Origin: a virus
Taxonomy: Duplodnaviria; Caudoviricetes
Reading direction: 5' to 3' (one strand)
DNA length: 42,343 nt
Virus record (IMG/VR): IMGVR_UViG_3300022897_000006
Location: 1 to 42,343 of that record
Shown here: in pieces, positions 8,064 to 15,420 of the stretch
Position numbering within the stretch: position 1 is the first letter of the stretch
Layout of the letters: every line of letters starts with the position of its first letter
Notes under the pieces: model-generated
What the model was told of the DNA's origin: nothing
The model's database searches: none
The model's input: the letters and a program-made list of their open reading frames with translations, nothing else
Position numbers and translations under genes: made by a program

Positions 8064-8873
8064 CTAGCCCAGGTCCTCGGCGCCGGCCGGGGCGCCCGAG
8101 GTGGGCTGACCGTTCAGCGCGGCCCGGATGCGCCGGATGGTCCGGGTGGACACCTCGTAGTGTCCCGCCAGCAGCTCATCCACCTGGCCGGGGGTCAGGA
8201 CATCGGCGTCCTGGGCGGCCAGGATCAGGCTCTCGATCTCGGCCCGCCCGTCCTTGGCCTTGGCCACCCGTGTCCGCTGGGGAAGCTTGCCGGGGACGAC
8301 CGGGACAGCGGGCGTGCTGTCCATCGGGCCGAGCCGGTTCTCCAGGTTGGCCAGCCAGTCCGTGTCCGCCTGGGTCAAGGTGTCCGGGACCTGGGACAGA
8401 TCCTGGGTGTTGTCCAGGTTGACTGCTGGGCCGCTGTCCGGCAGGGACACGGCCACGTACTTGGCCACCTCGGGGCGGACGATGTCCACTGTCCGCGAGG
8501 CCAGCAGCATGACCGTGCAGCCGAGCATCACACCGTCGATGGCCAGCGGTCCGGTGATCTGGGCGATGCCGGGCTCGCCAGCCTTGATCATGAGCGCGTG
8601 AAGGTTCACGTACGACGTGATGGCCGTGGGCACGGTAACCGTGAGCAGCGCTCCTTGTCCGACGCGAGCCAGGAAGCCGTGGACGCCACGGTTGCGGACC
8701 AGCACCTCAACGGCGATGAACAGGAACACCGGCCAGATGACGGCCATGGGGATGCGTAGCACGATGTTGACCGTGGTCTCGGTCAGGCAGGCGTTGGCCA
8801 CGTTGCCCGCCACGCTGGCCAACACGCCGGCCACCAGTCCGGCCCTCGCCCACTTCGGTCCGTTTTCGTTCAT
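8064..8873 (-). CDS. DUF2637-like multi-pass membrane protein with C-terminal HTH (AICE/plasmid spread-protein type)
   Basis: Four TM segments with SYVNLHAL...GEP...GPLAIDG signature; C-terminal LAGHYEVSTRTIRRIR HTH; ATG 8873 after GAGAGCG. Confidence 0.8.
   Translation of the reverse strand: MNENGPKWARAGLVAGVLASVAGNVANACLTETTVNIVLRIPMAVIWPVFLFIAVEVLVRNRGVHGFLARVGQGALLTVTVPTAITSYVNLHALMIKAGEPGIAQITGPLAIDGVMLGCTVMLLASRTVDIVRPEVAKYVAVSLPDSGPAVNLDNTQDLSQVPDTLTQADTDWLANLENRLGPMDSTPAVPVVPGKLPQRTRVAKAKDGRAEIESLILAAQDADVLTPGQVDELLAGHYEVSTRTIRRIRAALNGQPTSGAPAGAEDLG
8148..8494. repeat. GGACA/TGTCC pentamer array inside the DUF2637 gene
   Basis: 14 copies in ~350 bp by manual count. Confidence 0.8.
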
Positions 8874-8896
8874 CGCTCTCTCGCTTTCTCTTGGTG

Positions 8897-8934
8897 TATC
8901 TAGACTATAGCACACGTAGCCCGTCCGCTGTCAA
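8897..8934 (-). promoter_or_regulatory. Repeated phage promoter motif with TTGACA -35
   Basis: TTGACA-N19-TATAGT; CTACGTGTGCTATAGTCTAGATA. Confidence 0.8.
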
Positions 8935-8947
8935 CCCCGAACGTGGA

Positions 8948-8976
8948 CAGGCCCCGGGGGATCAGCCCGGGGCCTG
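8948..8976 (-). terminator. Stem-loop after DUF3307 gene
   Basis: CAGGCCCCGGG / CCCGGGGCCTG arms. Confidence 0.65.
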
Positions 8977-8997
8977 CGAGAGCAGAGGCTAGGGGGG

Positions 8998-9516
8998 TCA
9001 GCTCAAGCCCGCCATGATGAGGGCCGCCACGAACACGCCCCAGAAGATGTGCCAGCTCTGGTCCAGCGCCCAGGCGCCGGTCCCCAGGCTGGGGTTGTCC
9101 AAGCGAACGGCCTCGTGATACTTGCGGACGGGCTCGGAATCGTTGGGCCAGACGGTCACGTCCCGGGGGACGCCCAGGGTTAGGAATGCGGCCTTGCCCG
9201 GGAGTGCCCGCGCCAGCCGGAACATGAGCCCGTGCTCGCGCCGGTCCGCCAGGTAGTGGGTTACGCCCGAGACCAGCAGGCCCAGAATGAATCCGAAGGC
9301 CGAGACGTAGACGCCGGTCACCACCTCCACCAAGGTCACACACAGGGCCTGGGTCACCAGGTAGCTGGCCACGTGCGCCAGGCAGTGGAGCGAGCCATCG
9401 GGTGCGCCCTTGTGCTTGGCCTGGGCGTCCGTCTGGACCCAGTAGTCCCCCACGTGATGGCCCGCGTAAAGGGCCAGGCCGTAAGCGCCGGCCGCTGCTA
9501 GTGCGGTAGTTGACAT
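8998..9516 (-). CDS. DUF3307-like membrane protein
   Basis: HHVGDYWVQT...H...THYLADRR...DQSWH motifs; AAGGAG RBS before ATG 9516. Confidence 0.8.
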   Translation of the reverse strand: MSTTALAAAGAYGLALYAGHHVGDYWVQTDAQAKHKGAPDGSLHCLAHVASYLVTQALCVTLVEVVTGVYVSAFGFILGLLVSGVTHYLADRREHGLMFRLARALPGKAAFLTLGVPRDVTVWPNDSEPVRKYHEAVRLDNPSLGTGAWALDQSWHIFWGVFVAALIMAGLS

Positions 9517-9552
9517 TGATCGCTCCTTGTTCGGTTGGTCGTCACCTAAGCC

Positions 9553-9575
9553 TACCATGGCTATAGCACACGTAA
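9553..9575 (-). promoter_or_regulatory. Repeated phage promoter motif (leftward)
   Basis: TTACGTGTGCTATAGCCATGGTA. Confidence 0.7.
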
Positions 9576-9595
9576 GTGTCGGGTGCACGACAGAC

Positions 9596-9611
9596 GAGAG
9601 AGCGCTCTCTC
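9596..9611. promoter_or_regulatory. 16-bp perfect palindrome between divergent promoters, candidate operator
   Basis: GAGAGAGCGCTCTCTC. Confidence 0.45.
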
Positions 9612-9612
9612 C

Positions 9613-9646
9613 TTGCGCTTCCGCTACGTGTGCTATAGACTAGGTA
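9613..9646 (+). promoter_or_regulatory. Repeated phage promoter motif (rightward)
   Basis: TTGCGC-N17-TAGACT; CTACGTGTGCTATAGACTAGGTA. Confidence 0.8.
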
Positions 9647-9671
9647 CATCACCAAGCGAGAGGGGCACACA

Positions 9672-9932
9672 ATGAAGACCACGGGAGCGATCATCACGGA
9701 GATCCTGGAGACGGTCGGAGGCCGGATGAACGAGTGGACCCGGATCGCAGACATCGCCCAGAGCGCCGGCCTCACCCCCGAGGAGATCAACGAGGGGATC
9801 ATGGAGCTCCTGGGGGATGAGGAGTTCCGGGCCGAGCCCGAGCCCTTCGGCCACCGGACCACCGAGGCGGACAAGATCTACGGACCGGTGATCGGGGGAG
9901 AGCAGCGCCACCTGATCAAGTGGGGGGCGTAA
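9672..9932 (+). CDS. Small acidic protein, possible winged-HTH fold
   Basis: GAGGGG RBS; RIADIAQSAGLTPEEINEGIMELL resembles an HTH. Confidence 0.7.
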   Translation: MKTTGAIITEILETVGGRMNEWTRIADIAQSAGLTPEEINEGIMELLGDEEFRAEPEPFGHRTTEADKIYGPVIGGEQRHLIKWGA

Positions 9933-9950
9933 AGATCTTGAGCGGGGGCC

Positions 9951-9987
9951 TTGCGCCCCCGCTTCTACGTGTGCTATAGTATAGATA
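9951..9987 (+). promoter_or_regulatory. Repeated phage promoter motif
   Basis: TTGCGC-N18-TATAGT; CTACGTGTGCTATAGTATAGATA. Confidence 0.8.
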
Positions 9988-10016
9988 CAAGGCGGGAACG
10001 AGAGAGGGAGACAGAG

Positions 10017-10202
10017 ATGAACCAGATCGAGAAGGCCACCGGAACCCAGACCACGATCACCCTGACCCAGATGTCCGGCCATGAGGTGGAGGTGGTCACG
10101 GTGATCGGGAACGGGGGCCCGGGGGTCCGGGTCCTGTCAGACGAGAAAGCGGCCACGCTGGCCAGTCTGGTCGCGGCCTTCCTGAAGGAGCACGGGCACT
10201 GA
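10017..10202 (+). CDS. Hypothetical protein (61 aa)
   Basis: GGGAG RBS, own promoter, terminator follows. Confidence 0.7.
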   Translation: MNQIEKATGTQTTITLTQMSGHEVEVVTVIGNGGPGVRVLSDEKAATLASLVAAFLKEHGH

Positions 10203-10211
10203 TCAAGGGGA

Positions 10212-10245
10212 AGGCCCCCGCCCGATAAGGGTGGGGGCCTCCTTT
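10212..10245. terminator. Terminator between convergent genes
   Basis: AGGCCCCCGCCC / GGGTGGGGGCCT then CCTTT. Confidence 0.8.
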
Positions 10246-10265
10246 ATGCCCTGGTTTGACACGTT

Positions 10266-10559
10266 TCAATCGTCGTACAGGTCCGTGACCCACTCCTCCA
10301 GGTCGCGCCGGCCGGTCCGCTCCGGCGCTACCCACCCCCGGCCGCCGGCCAGGCGCCTGGTGGGTTGCCTGGCGTCCTCCAGCGAGTGCCGGGCCTGCCG
10401 CATCACCTTGCGCCTCCAGCGCCTGCTGGGGCGCGGCAACGGCCGCCTGGGGAGCGGCCGGTCCGGATTGCCCAGCGTGGCCGCTCCCCAGGCGGTGAGC
10501 CCGATGGCGAACAAGAGAAGCCCGATCAGGAGCGCCTGCTCTCCCGTGAGGCCGATCAC
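10266..10559 (-). CDS. Single-pass membrane protein, Arg-rich
   Basis: GTGA overlap with upstream stop; TM LLIGLLLFAIGLTAWGAA. Confidence 0.65.
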   Translation of the reverse strand: MIGLTGEQALLIGLLLFAIGLTAWGAATLGNPDRPLPRRPLPRPSRRWRRKVMRQARHSLEDARQPTRRLAGGRGWVAPERTGRRDLEEWVTDLYDD

Positions 10560-10738
10560 GGGATGGCCGGGCACTTGAGATCGACATGATTCTCGGCATC
10601 GGCAACGGCCTCGTCCAGCGGCCGGAGGCAGTCCCCTTGCTCGTGGCAGTCCAGACACGTCCAGCGGTAGTCCCCGTCCTCGTCGGGCTCGCCCAGGGTC
10701 ACTTCCGCGTGATCGCCCTCGATCTTGATCGTTGCCAT
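10556..10738 (-). CDS. Small Zn-finger-like protein
   Basis: WTCLDC...H...C; AAGGAG RBS; promoter motif upstream. Confidence 0.7.
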   Translation of the reverse strand: MATIKIEGDHAEVTLGEPDEDGDYRWTCLDCHEQGDCLRPLDEAVADAENHVDLKCPAIP

Positions 10739-10754
10739 TCCGCTCTCCTTCCGT

Positions 10755-10777
10755 TACCTAGACTATAGCACACATAG
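10755..10777 (-). promoter_or_regulatory. Repeated phage promoter motif
   Basis: CTATGTGTGCTATAGTCTAGGTA. Confidence 0.75.
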
Positions 10778-10780
10778 CCG

Positions 10781-11500
10781 TCACGGGTACGGATGCTCGG
10801 CCGCGAAACCCCACGCCTGGACGAGGTGCTCCGCCCCGAAGAGCAAGCGGGTGGCCAGGGTGCTCGGCGTGACGCACTGGTGCGGGACGTTGACCATGAT
10901 CTCCTTGCCTGTCAGGCTCCACGCCTGGTCCGCCAGGACCGAACAGATGGCCTCCACGGGGAGGCCCGTATCCAGGTCCTGGCCAGAGGGGAGCATCACG
11001 GGGTTGCCCGACCACGGCCAGTTCTGGCGCCGGCCAATCCACGCCTCCAGTTTGGGCGTGGCGATGCCCCAGTGCCAGGCCGCCAGGGCGGCATAGCTGG
11101 CCGGGCTGTACGCCACGTTGTGCTCCACCATGAGCCGGGCGATGGCTGCCGCATCCAGCGCCTGGCTGGGGTAGTCCTCCACCGGCCGCGCGTACGCGTG
11201 CCGGGGCGTCCAGTGGGTGGCGTAGCGCATCTCGATCTCCTCGGCGCCACCCGGCATGGCCTGAACGAGGCGTGGCGCCGTGATGACGCCTGTGGGCCAC
11301 TCGCGGTCCGCCGGCCGGGTCTCGCTGGCCTCCACCACGATGCCGACGTGCCGGACATCGAGCGGCCCCACTCGGAAGCCGCCATCGCACAGCAGCTCTC
11401 CGAGGCCCACGCCCACGCCGGCCAGGCCCCCGATCGGGCCGAACATTAGGTCACCCGGGCGGAGATCCTCCAGGCGTTCGATCTTGACGAGGTTGGTCAT
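10781..11500 (-). CDS. Permuted papain-like NlpC/P60 (YiiX/YaeF-type) amidase
   Basis: LRPGDLMF...RHVGIVV...LVQA...ICSVLADQAW...VTPSTL; His before Cys. Confidence 0.8.
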   Translation of the reverse strand: MTNLVKIERLEDLRPGDLMFGPIGGLAGVGVGLGELLCDGGFRVGPLDVRHVGIVVEASETRPADREWPTGVITAPRLVQAMPGGAEEIEMRYATHWTPRHAYARPVEDYPSQALDAAAIARLMVEHNVAYSPASYAALAAWHWGIATPKLEAWIGRRQNWPWSGNPVMLPSGQDLDTGLPVEAICSVLADQAWSLTGKEIMVNVPHQCVTPSTLATRLLFGAEHLVQAWGFAAEHPYP

Positions 11501-11763
11501 TCGATCACGTCCAGGATGTTGCGCAAGGTCAGAAGGCCCTCATCTTCGTCCGGGTTGTCCAGGGCGGCCTGTGCCAGCTCCTGGATATTCCTGATCTTGG
11601 CCTCCAGCTCCTCCTGGTAGGTGTCGTACTGCGGACCGGTGATCGGTTGCCGGGCCCGCCACGCCATCTCGTCCTTGATCTGCTCCTCCGCCCTGATCTT
11701 GCGGGCCTCCCAATCGGGCTCCGGATGGTGATCCGGGTTGCTCCAGCTACCTACGCTGCTCAT
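11497..11763 (-). CDS. Hypothetical protein
   Basis: ATGA-coupled to both neighbours. Confidence 0.75.
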   Translation of the reverse strand: MSSVGSWSNPDHHPEPDWEARKIRAEEQIKDEMAWRARQPITGPQYDTYQEELEAKIRNIQELAQAALDNPDEDEGLLTLRNILDVIE

Positions 11764-12176
11764 GCTGCCTCGCTCCTGGTCAGCGGCTTGTTGCCGCGCT
11801 TCTCATTACACAGCTTGTGCGCCGGCCGTTGGTTGGCCAGCGAGTCCCGGCCGCCCAGCGAGCGCGGCCGGACGTGGTCCCGGGTGAAGCTCTGGGGGTG
11901 GGGCCACCTCAGCTCCAGGTCGATCACGGCCCGATGGTCCGTGACGCCCGCGGACCAGCAGATGTGACAGACCGGCCCCCACTTGCGGATCAACGCCTCC
12001 CGGATACGGCGCCTGGTCGCCTCCCCGGTCTTGTCCGAGGTGGAGCGCCGGGAGCTGGGCTGGGTGCGCCCGCGGTTGTGCTGGCGCCGCGCCGGCCTGG
12101 CCCACTGGGGGACCGGCATGAACGAGGGAAACTCGCACTCGGGCCGGTCCGCCAGGTAGAACAGGCCGCGCGTCAT
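11760..12176 (-). CDS. HNH endonuclease
   Basis: CHIC...TRDHVRPRSLGGRDSLANQRPAHKLCN. Confidence 0.88.
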   Translation of the reverse strand: MTRGLFYLADRPECEFPSFMPVPQWARPARRQHNRGRTQPSSRRSTSDKTGEATRRRIREALIRKWGPVCHICWSAGVTDHRAVIDLELRWPHPQSFTRDHVRPRSLGGRDSLANQRPAHKLCNEKRGNKPLTRSEAA

Positions 12177-12631
12177 TTCAGGAGCGCCCGAACGCGCTGG
12201 ACAGCGTGCTCACTCCAGCCATCCTCACCCGTGCCGTCCTCGCCAACTTCTTGGAGAAGCTCTTGAATGGCGGTCCGCAGGATGCCTAGGCGCACCGTGG
12301 CCGCCTTCTCCTGGGGGCCTTCCGGGTCCGGGGCGGCCACGAGGTCCGAGGCGCCGGAACGGACAAGCGCTTGACGCCAGCCCTTGGTCAGCGCGCCGGC
12401 CGTGCTCTGCTCGGCGAGCCAGTGGCTCTCGCCCGTGTCGTCCAGCCAGAGATAGCGAATGCCGTAAGGGGTGTCGATCGAAAACCCCTCCAGGTTCAGC
12501 GCGGGTTGATCGCCGAACGAATAGGACCGGACCGCTGGCCGCTCGGCCGCGCGCGTCGCGTCCCGGACCAGCTGGGCCAAAAAGACCTTGGCCGAATGGT
12601 CGAACTCCACGATCATTTTCTGAATCGCCAT
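12173..12631 (-). CDS. Hypothetical protein
   Basis: GGAG RBS; ATGA overlap with HNH gene. Confidence 0.7.
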   Translation of the reverse strand: MAIQKMIVEFDHSAKVFLAQLVRDATRAAERPAVRSYSFGDQPALNLEGFSIDTPYGIRYLWLDDTGESHWLAEQSTAGALTKGWRQALVRSGASDLVAAPDPEGPQEKAATVRLGILRTAIQELLQEVGEDGTGEDGWSEHAVQRVRALLK

Positions 12632-12654
12632 CGTGCTCTCCGTTCGGATACGGG

Positions 12655-12688
12655 CGAGGCCCGGACTCCCCCTCGGGTCCGGGCCTCG
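12655..12688 (-). terminator. Stem-loop after SSB-like gene
   Basis: CGAGGCCCGGAC / GTCCGGGCCTCG arms. Confidence 0.7.
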
Positions 12689-12711
12689 TCACTTCAGGGT
12701 GGCTGGGTCGG

Positions 12712-13275
12712 TTACTCGAACGCCTTGGCGTCCTCGGCGCCCTCGGCCGCTGTGGCCAGGCGCTCGTTGATCGAGATGATCAGGTCCTTGTTGGCCTTGA
12801 TGATCTCCCGGTCTGCCTCGGACGGCTCGGAGATCGAGAAGGCCGGGGAGCCCTTCTTGTACTTGGTGCTGGCCTGGGTGTTGATCCGGCCGATGACCGG
12901 GCGGAACTTCAGCGGTACCGAGGGGGCGATGACGTTGCCGTCAGCGTCCTTACGGGCCTTGCTCCAGCCGTCCACCCGGGGCTTGAGCCGGGAGTGGATA
13001 CCGGCGGTCGAGTGCTGAAGCTCCACCTCCACGGGCGCAGGCCCGACGAGGTCCGTGTACTGGTCGCCCTCGGGGCCATCGTCCAGGACCAGGGTCAGCG
13101 AGTCGGTAAAGCCATAGTCGCCGTTGTCGCCCTTGCGGGTGCCGTTGGCCTTGGCCCAGATGGCGACCAGGCGGCCGACCGTCTTGGGGTTGGAGCTGGA
13201 CGCCAGCGGAGACAGGTCGTCCACGCTGGGGAACTCGGAGCTGGCATCGTCGTAGAACTCGTCCACGTCAGACAT
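12712..13275 (-). CDS. Putative ssDNA-binding protein
   Basis: Beta-rich pattern (GRLVAIW...LVLDDG...VIGRI...PAFSI), acidic termini, downstream of exonuclease; function inferred. Confidence 0.5.
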   Translation of the reverse strand: MSDVDEFYDDASSEFPSVDDLSPLASSSNPKTVGRLVAIWAKANGTRKGDNGDYGFTDSLTLVLDDGPEGDQYTDLVGPAPVEVELQHSTAGIHSRLKPRVDGWSKARKDADGNVIAPSVPLKFRPVIGRINTQASTKYKKGSPAFSISEPSEADREIIKANKDLIISINERLATAAEGAEDAKAFE

Positions 13276-13320
13276 CTACTGCTCTTCTCTTCTCTGTGAC
13301 CAGATCATGATCGCCTGGCC

Positions 13321-13374
13321 TAGCGCCCTAGCCGGGATTCGCACCCGATTTCAGCCTGACCTCTCGCCTAGGGA
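13321..13374 (-). ncRNA. tRNA-like mini-element (acceptor stem and T-arm, truncated D and anticodon arms)
   Basis: CCCTAG/CTAGGG stem; TCGGG-TGCGAAT-CCCGG T-arm; 3' end C-G-CTA; only 19 nt between acceptor 5' strand and T-arm. Confidence 0.5.
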
Positions 13375-13499
13375 CCGTCTCGATCAACCCCAGTTGACGT
13401 CCCGCATTGGCTTCCACCTCCTCGGCTTTGGGTGTCGGGCGGGAGGCTTGCCTTATTGGGGAGTTGCCATCACATGATCCCCGCCCGACATGTATAACC

Positions 13500-14501
13500 T
13501 TACTGGGCTATAGCCCGGGGCGCAACCCCTACCGAGGCCCGAATCGGGGGCACGGGACGCATGCCGCCTACGCGCCGGCCGCCGGCAACCGAGGCACCGC
13601 GAGACCGTAGCTCGATGTTGCGCCCGGCCACCTCCATGACCTCGGCACCGAACGTCAGATCCACCTCGTGGATCTCGACCGGGAGCTGGCCGGGGCCCGG
13701 CTCCTGGGGCATGTGAGCCAGCAGCGCCACCCGGCGGCCGGGGGCCACGCCGCCCTGGACGCCCACCAGGTCCCACTTCGGCGCCCGGACCCAGGCGCCT
13801 TCGGGCGAGCGCGGGCCTTCCCACACCCACGGCGCCGAGTCGTAACCCTCCTGCTGGCCGCTGATCTCCATATATGACCAGAACTGCCGTTGGGTCTTCA
13901 GGTCCAGGATGCCGATCTGGCCGGTCCGCCGGCAGGACACCCCGAGGTCCAGGGTGCCGATGATCCCGTACCTGGGGTTGCACACCACCCGCTCCGACCA
14001 TCCGGGGAGCACGTCCAGCTCGTGGCGCTCCAGGGCCTCAAACAGGCTTTCCAGCTGAAGGCGCATGGTCCGGTGACCGGTGATCACCCCGGTCTCCATC
14101 TTCACCTGGAGCATGGTGTGCCTGGCCGTCCCGCGCCGCGCCCCCACGCCGCCGCCGGCCCGGTCGATCGCCCGCTGGGCGTGGGCCTCCAGCCAGTCCT
14201 TGGCAGCCTGGGGGTCCATGGTCTCGAGGCCCTCGGCGCACAGCTCGTCGAACAGGAGGCCCTCGTCCTCCCGGAGTCCGAGTTGGAGAAGGCGCTCGCG
14301 CCAGTTCTGGAGCCGGATCTGATCCGAGAAGGCGGACGCCTTGCGGGTACACCGCATATAGCCGCGCGGCGGCCGGACCGTGCCCGGCGGGGGCGGGAAG
14401 TCATAGCGGCCCGTGCCGGGCTTGATGCCGTAGTAGTGCTCGCCCTTGCTGGCCTTGATCCGGGGCGTGGGGGTGTCGTAGAAACCCTCGTCGTCACTCA
14501 C
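13500..14501 (-). CDS. PD-(D/E)XK Cas4/RecB-like exonuclease
   Basis: RGTARH...SERVV...GTLDL...ILDLKT...QQEGY; GTG start overlaps upstream TGA. Confidence 0.82.
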   Translation of the reverse strand: MSDDEGFYDTPTPRIKASKGEHYYGIKPGTGRYDFPPPPGTVRPPRGYMRCTRKASAFSDQIRLQNWRERLLQLGLREDEGLLFDELCAEGLETMDPQAAKDWLEAHAQRAIDRAGGGVGARRGTARHTMLQVKMETGVITGHRTMRLQLESLFEALERHELDVLPGWSERVVCNPRYGIIGTLDLGVSCRRTGQIGILDLKTQRQFWSYMEISGQQEGYDSAPWVWEGPRSPEGAWVRAPKWDLVGVQGGVAPGRRVALLAHMPQEPGPGQLPVEIHEVDLTFGAEVMEVAGRNIELRSRGASVAGGRRVGGMRPVPPIRASVGVAPRAIAQ

Positions 14502-14701
14502 TGGAGTGCCACCCTCTCGCACATCGTGTCCGCGTGAATCCAGCTACCGTGACCGTCTGCGCGGGCGTCCTCGCCCGGGAGGATGGGCTCCGGGCAGGAC
14601 TCGCAATCGGTCTCGTAGGTGGCCGTGAAGATCGGCCCGAGCTGGCCCGCGCGGACCGCAGGCGCCGGCACGGGCAGGGCCTCGTCGTAGAAGTCACTCA
14701 C
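14498..14701 (-). CDS. Small Zn-finger protein
   Basis: CESC...WIHADTMC. Confidence 0.75.
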   Translation of the reverse strand: MSDFYDEALPVPAPAVRAGQLGPIFTATYETDCESCPEPILPGEDARADGHGSWIHADTMCERVALQ

Positions 14702-14927
14702 CTAGCACCACGTCTCCCCCGATGTCCTGGCCACAGTGCAAGGCCGCCGCCCCGAAGAACCGGCCGATCTCGGCCAGGGCGTTGGCCGTGATCCCGTACC
14801 GGACGCCCCCCACGATCAGGACCACGCCGTGGGGTGCGTCCGTCTGGCACTCGATCCGGCCCTCTGCCGTGCTCACGGTCAGGCCGAGACCCTGCCAGGC
14901 CGTGTCCACCCAGAGCCCGCGGATCAT
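14694..14927 (-). CDS. Hypothetical protein
   Basis: Coupled operon position, GGAG RBS. Confidence 0.7.
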   Translation of the reverse strand: MIRGLWVDTAWQGLGLTVSTAEGRIECQTDAPHGVVLIVGGVRYGITANALAEIGRFFGAAALHCGQDIGGDVVLGE

Positions 14928-15121
14928 GCTCCGTCCCCCGCCGGCCGGATGGTGCCCAGGTCCAGCAGACGCTGGACCGTGGCAACCATCAGATCCTTGT
15001 TGTCCGCCGGGACCTCGGACCAGGGCTTGGCGCTGGCCTCTCGGGTGCGGTACCCGTGCTCCGGCGCCAGCGTCTCGTATGCCTCGTGAAACGCTTTGGC
15101 GATTCTCTCTGCCGTGCTCAT
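14924..15121 (-). CDS. Hypothetical protein
   Basis: ATGA-coupled on both sides. Confidence 0.75.
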   Translation of the reverse strand: MSTAERIAKAFHEAYETLAPEHGYRTREASAKPWSEVPADNKDLMVATVQRLLDLGTIRPAGDGA

Positions 15122-15420
15122 TTCTGGGCCTCCAGTTCTTTCGCCTTGGCTAGCAGTCCCTCAGCTTCGGCGCGGTACGCAGCAGCAACCTCGGCACGTT
15201 GCTCGCGAGCCTCAACGGCACGGTTCACCTCGGCCAGCGTGGCGAGCGGGTGATGGCCGTCCGGGATGCAGACGCCGATCTCGTCATCGATCACCGTGAC
15301 GCCCGCCTCGGTCTGGAGCCACTCGTCCGCCAGGTAGTGGTCCCCGGCGCGCTGGAGCTGTCCGTCCGCGTAGACCATGGTCCAGTCTCCGGATCGCCAA
15401 AATTGGATGTCCTTTTTCAT
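15118..15420 (-). CDS. Hypothetical protein
   Basis: ATGA-coupled to helicase stop. Confidence 0.75.
   Translation of the reverse strand: MKKDIQFWRSGDWTMVYADGQLQRAGDHYLADEWLQTEAGVTVIDDEIGVCIPDGHHPLATLAEVNRAVEAREQRAEVAAAYRAEAEGLLAKAKELEAQK

Noticed and set aside
9672-9932. Immunity repressor
   Set aside because: Very acidic and lacks a Cro/CI-type HTH signature; DNA binding is not established
13321-13374. Functional tRNA gene or attP
   Set aside because: No D arm or 7-nt anticodon loop, and no integrase; kept only as a tRNA-like element
13500-14501. CRISPR-Cas association of the Cas4-like nuclease
   Set aside because: No repeat-spacer array or other cas genes; stand-alone exonucleases of this type are common in phages
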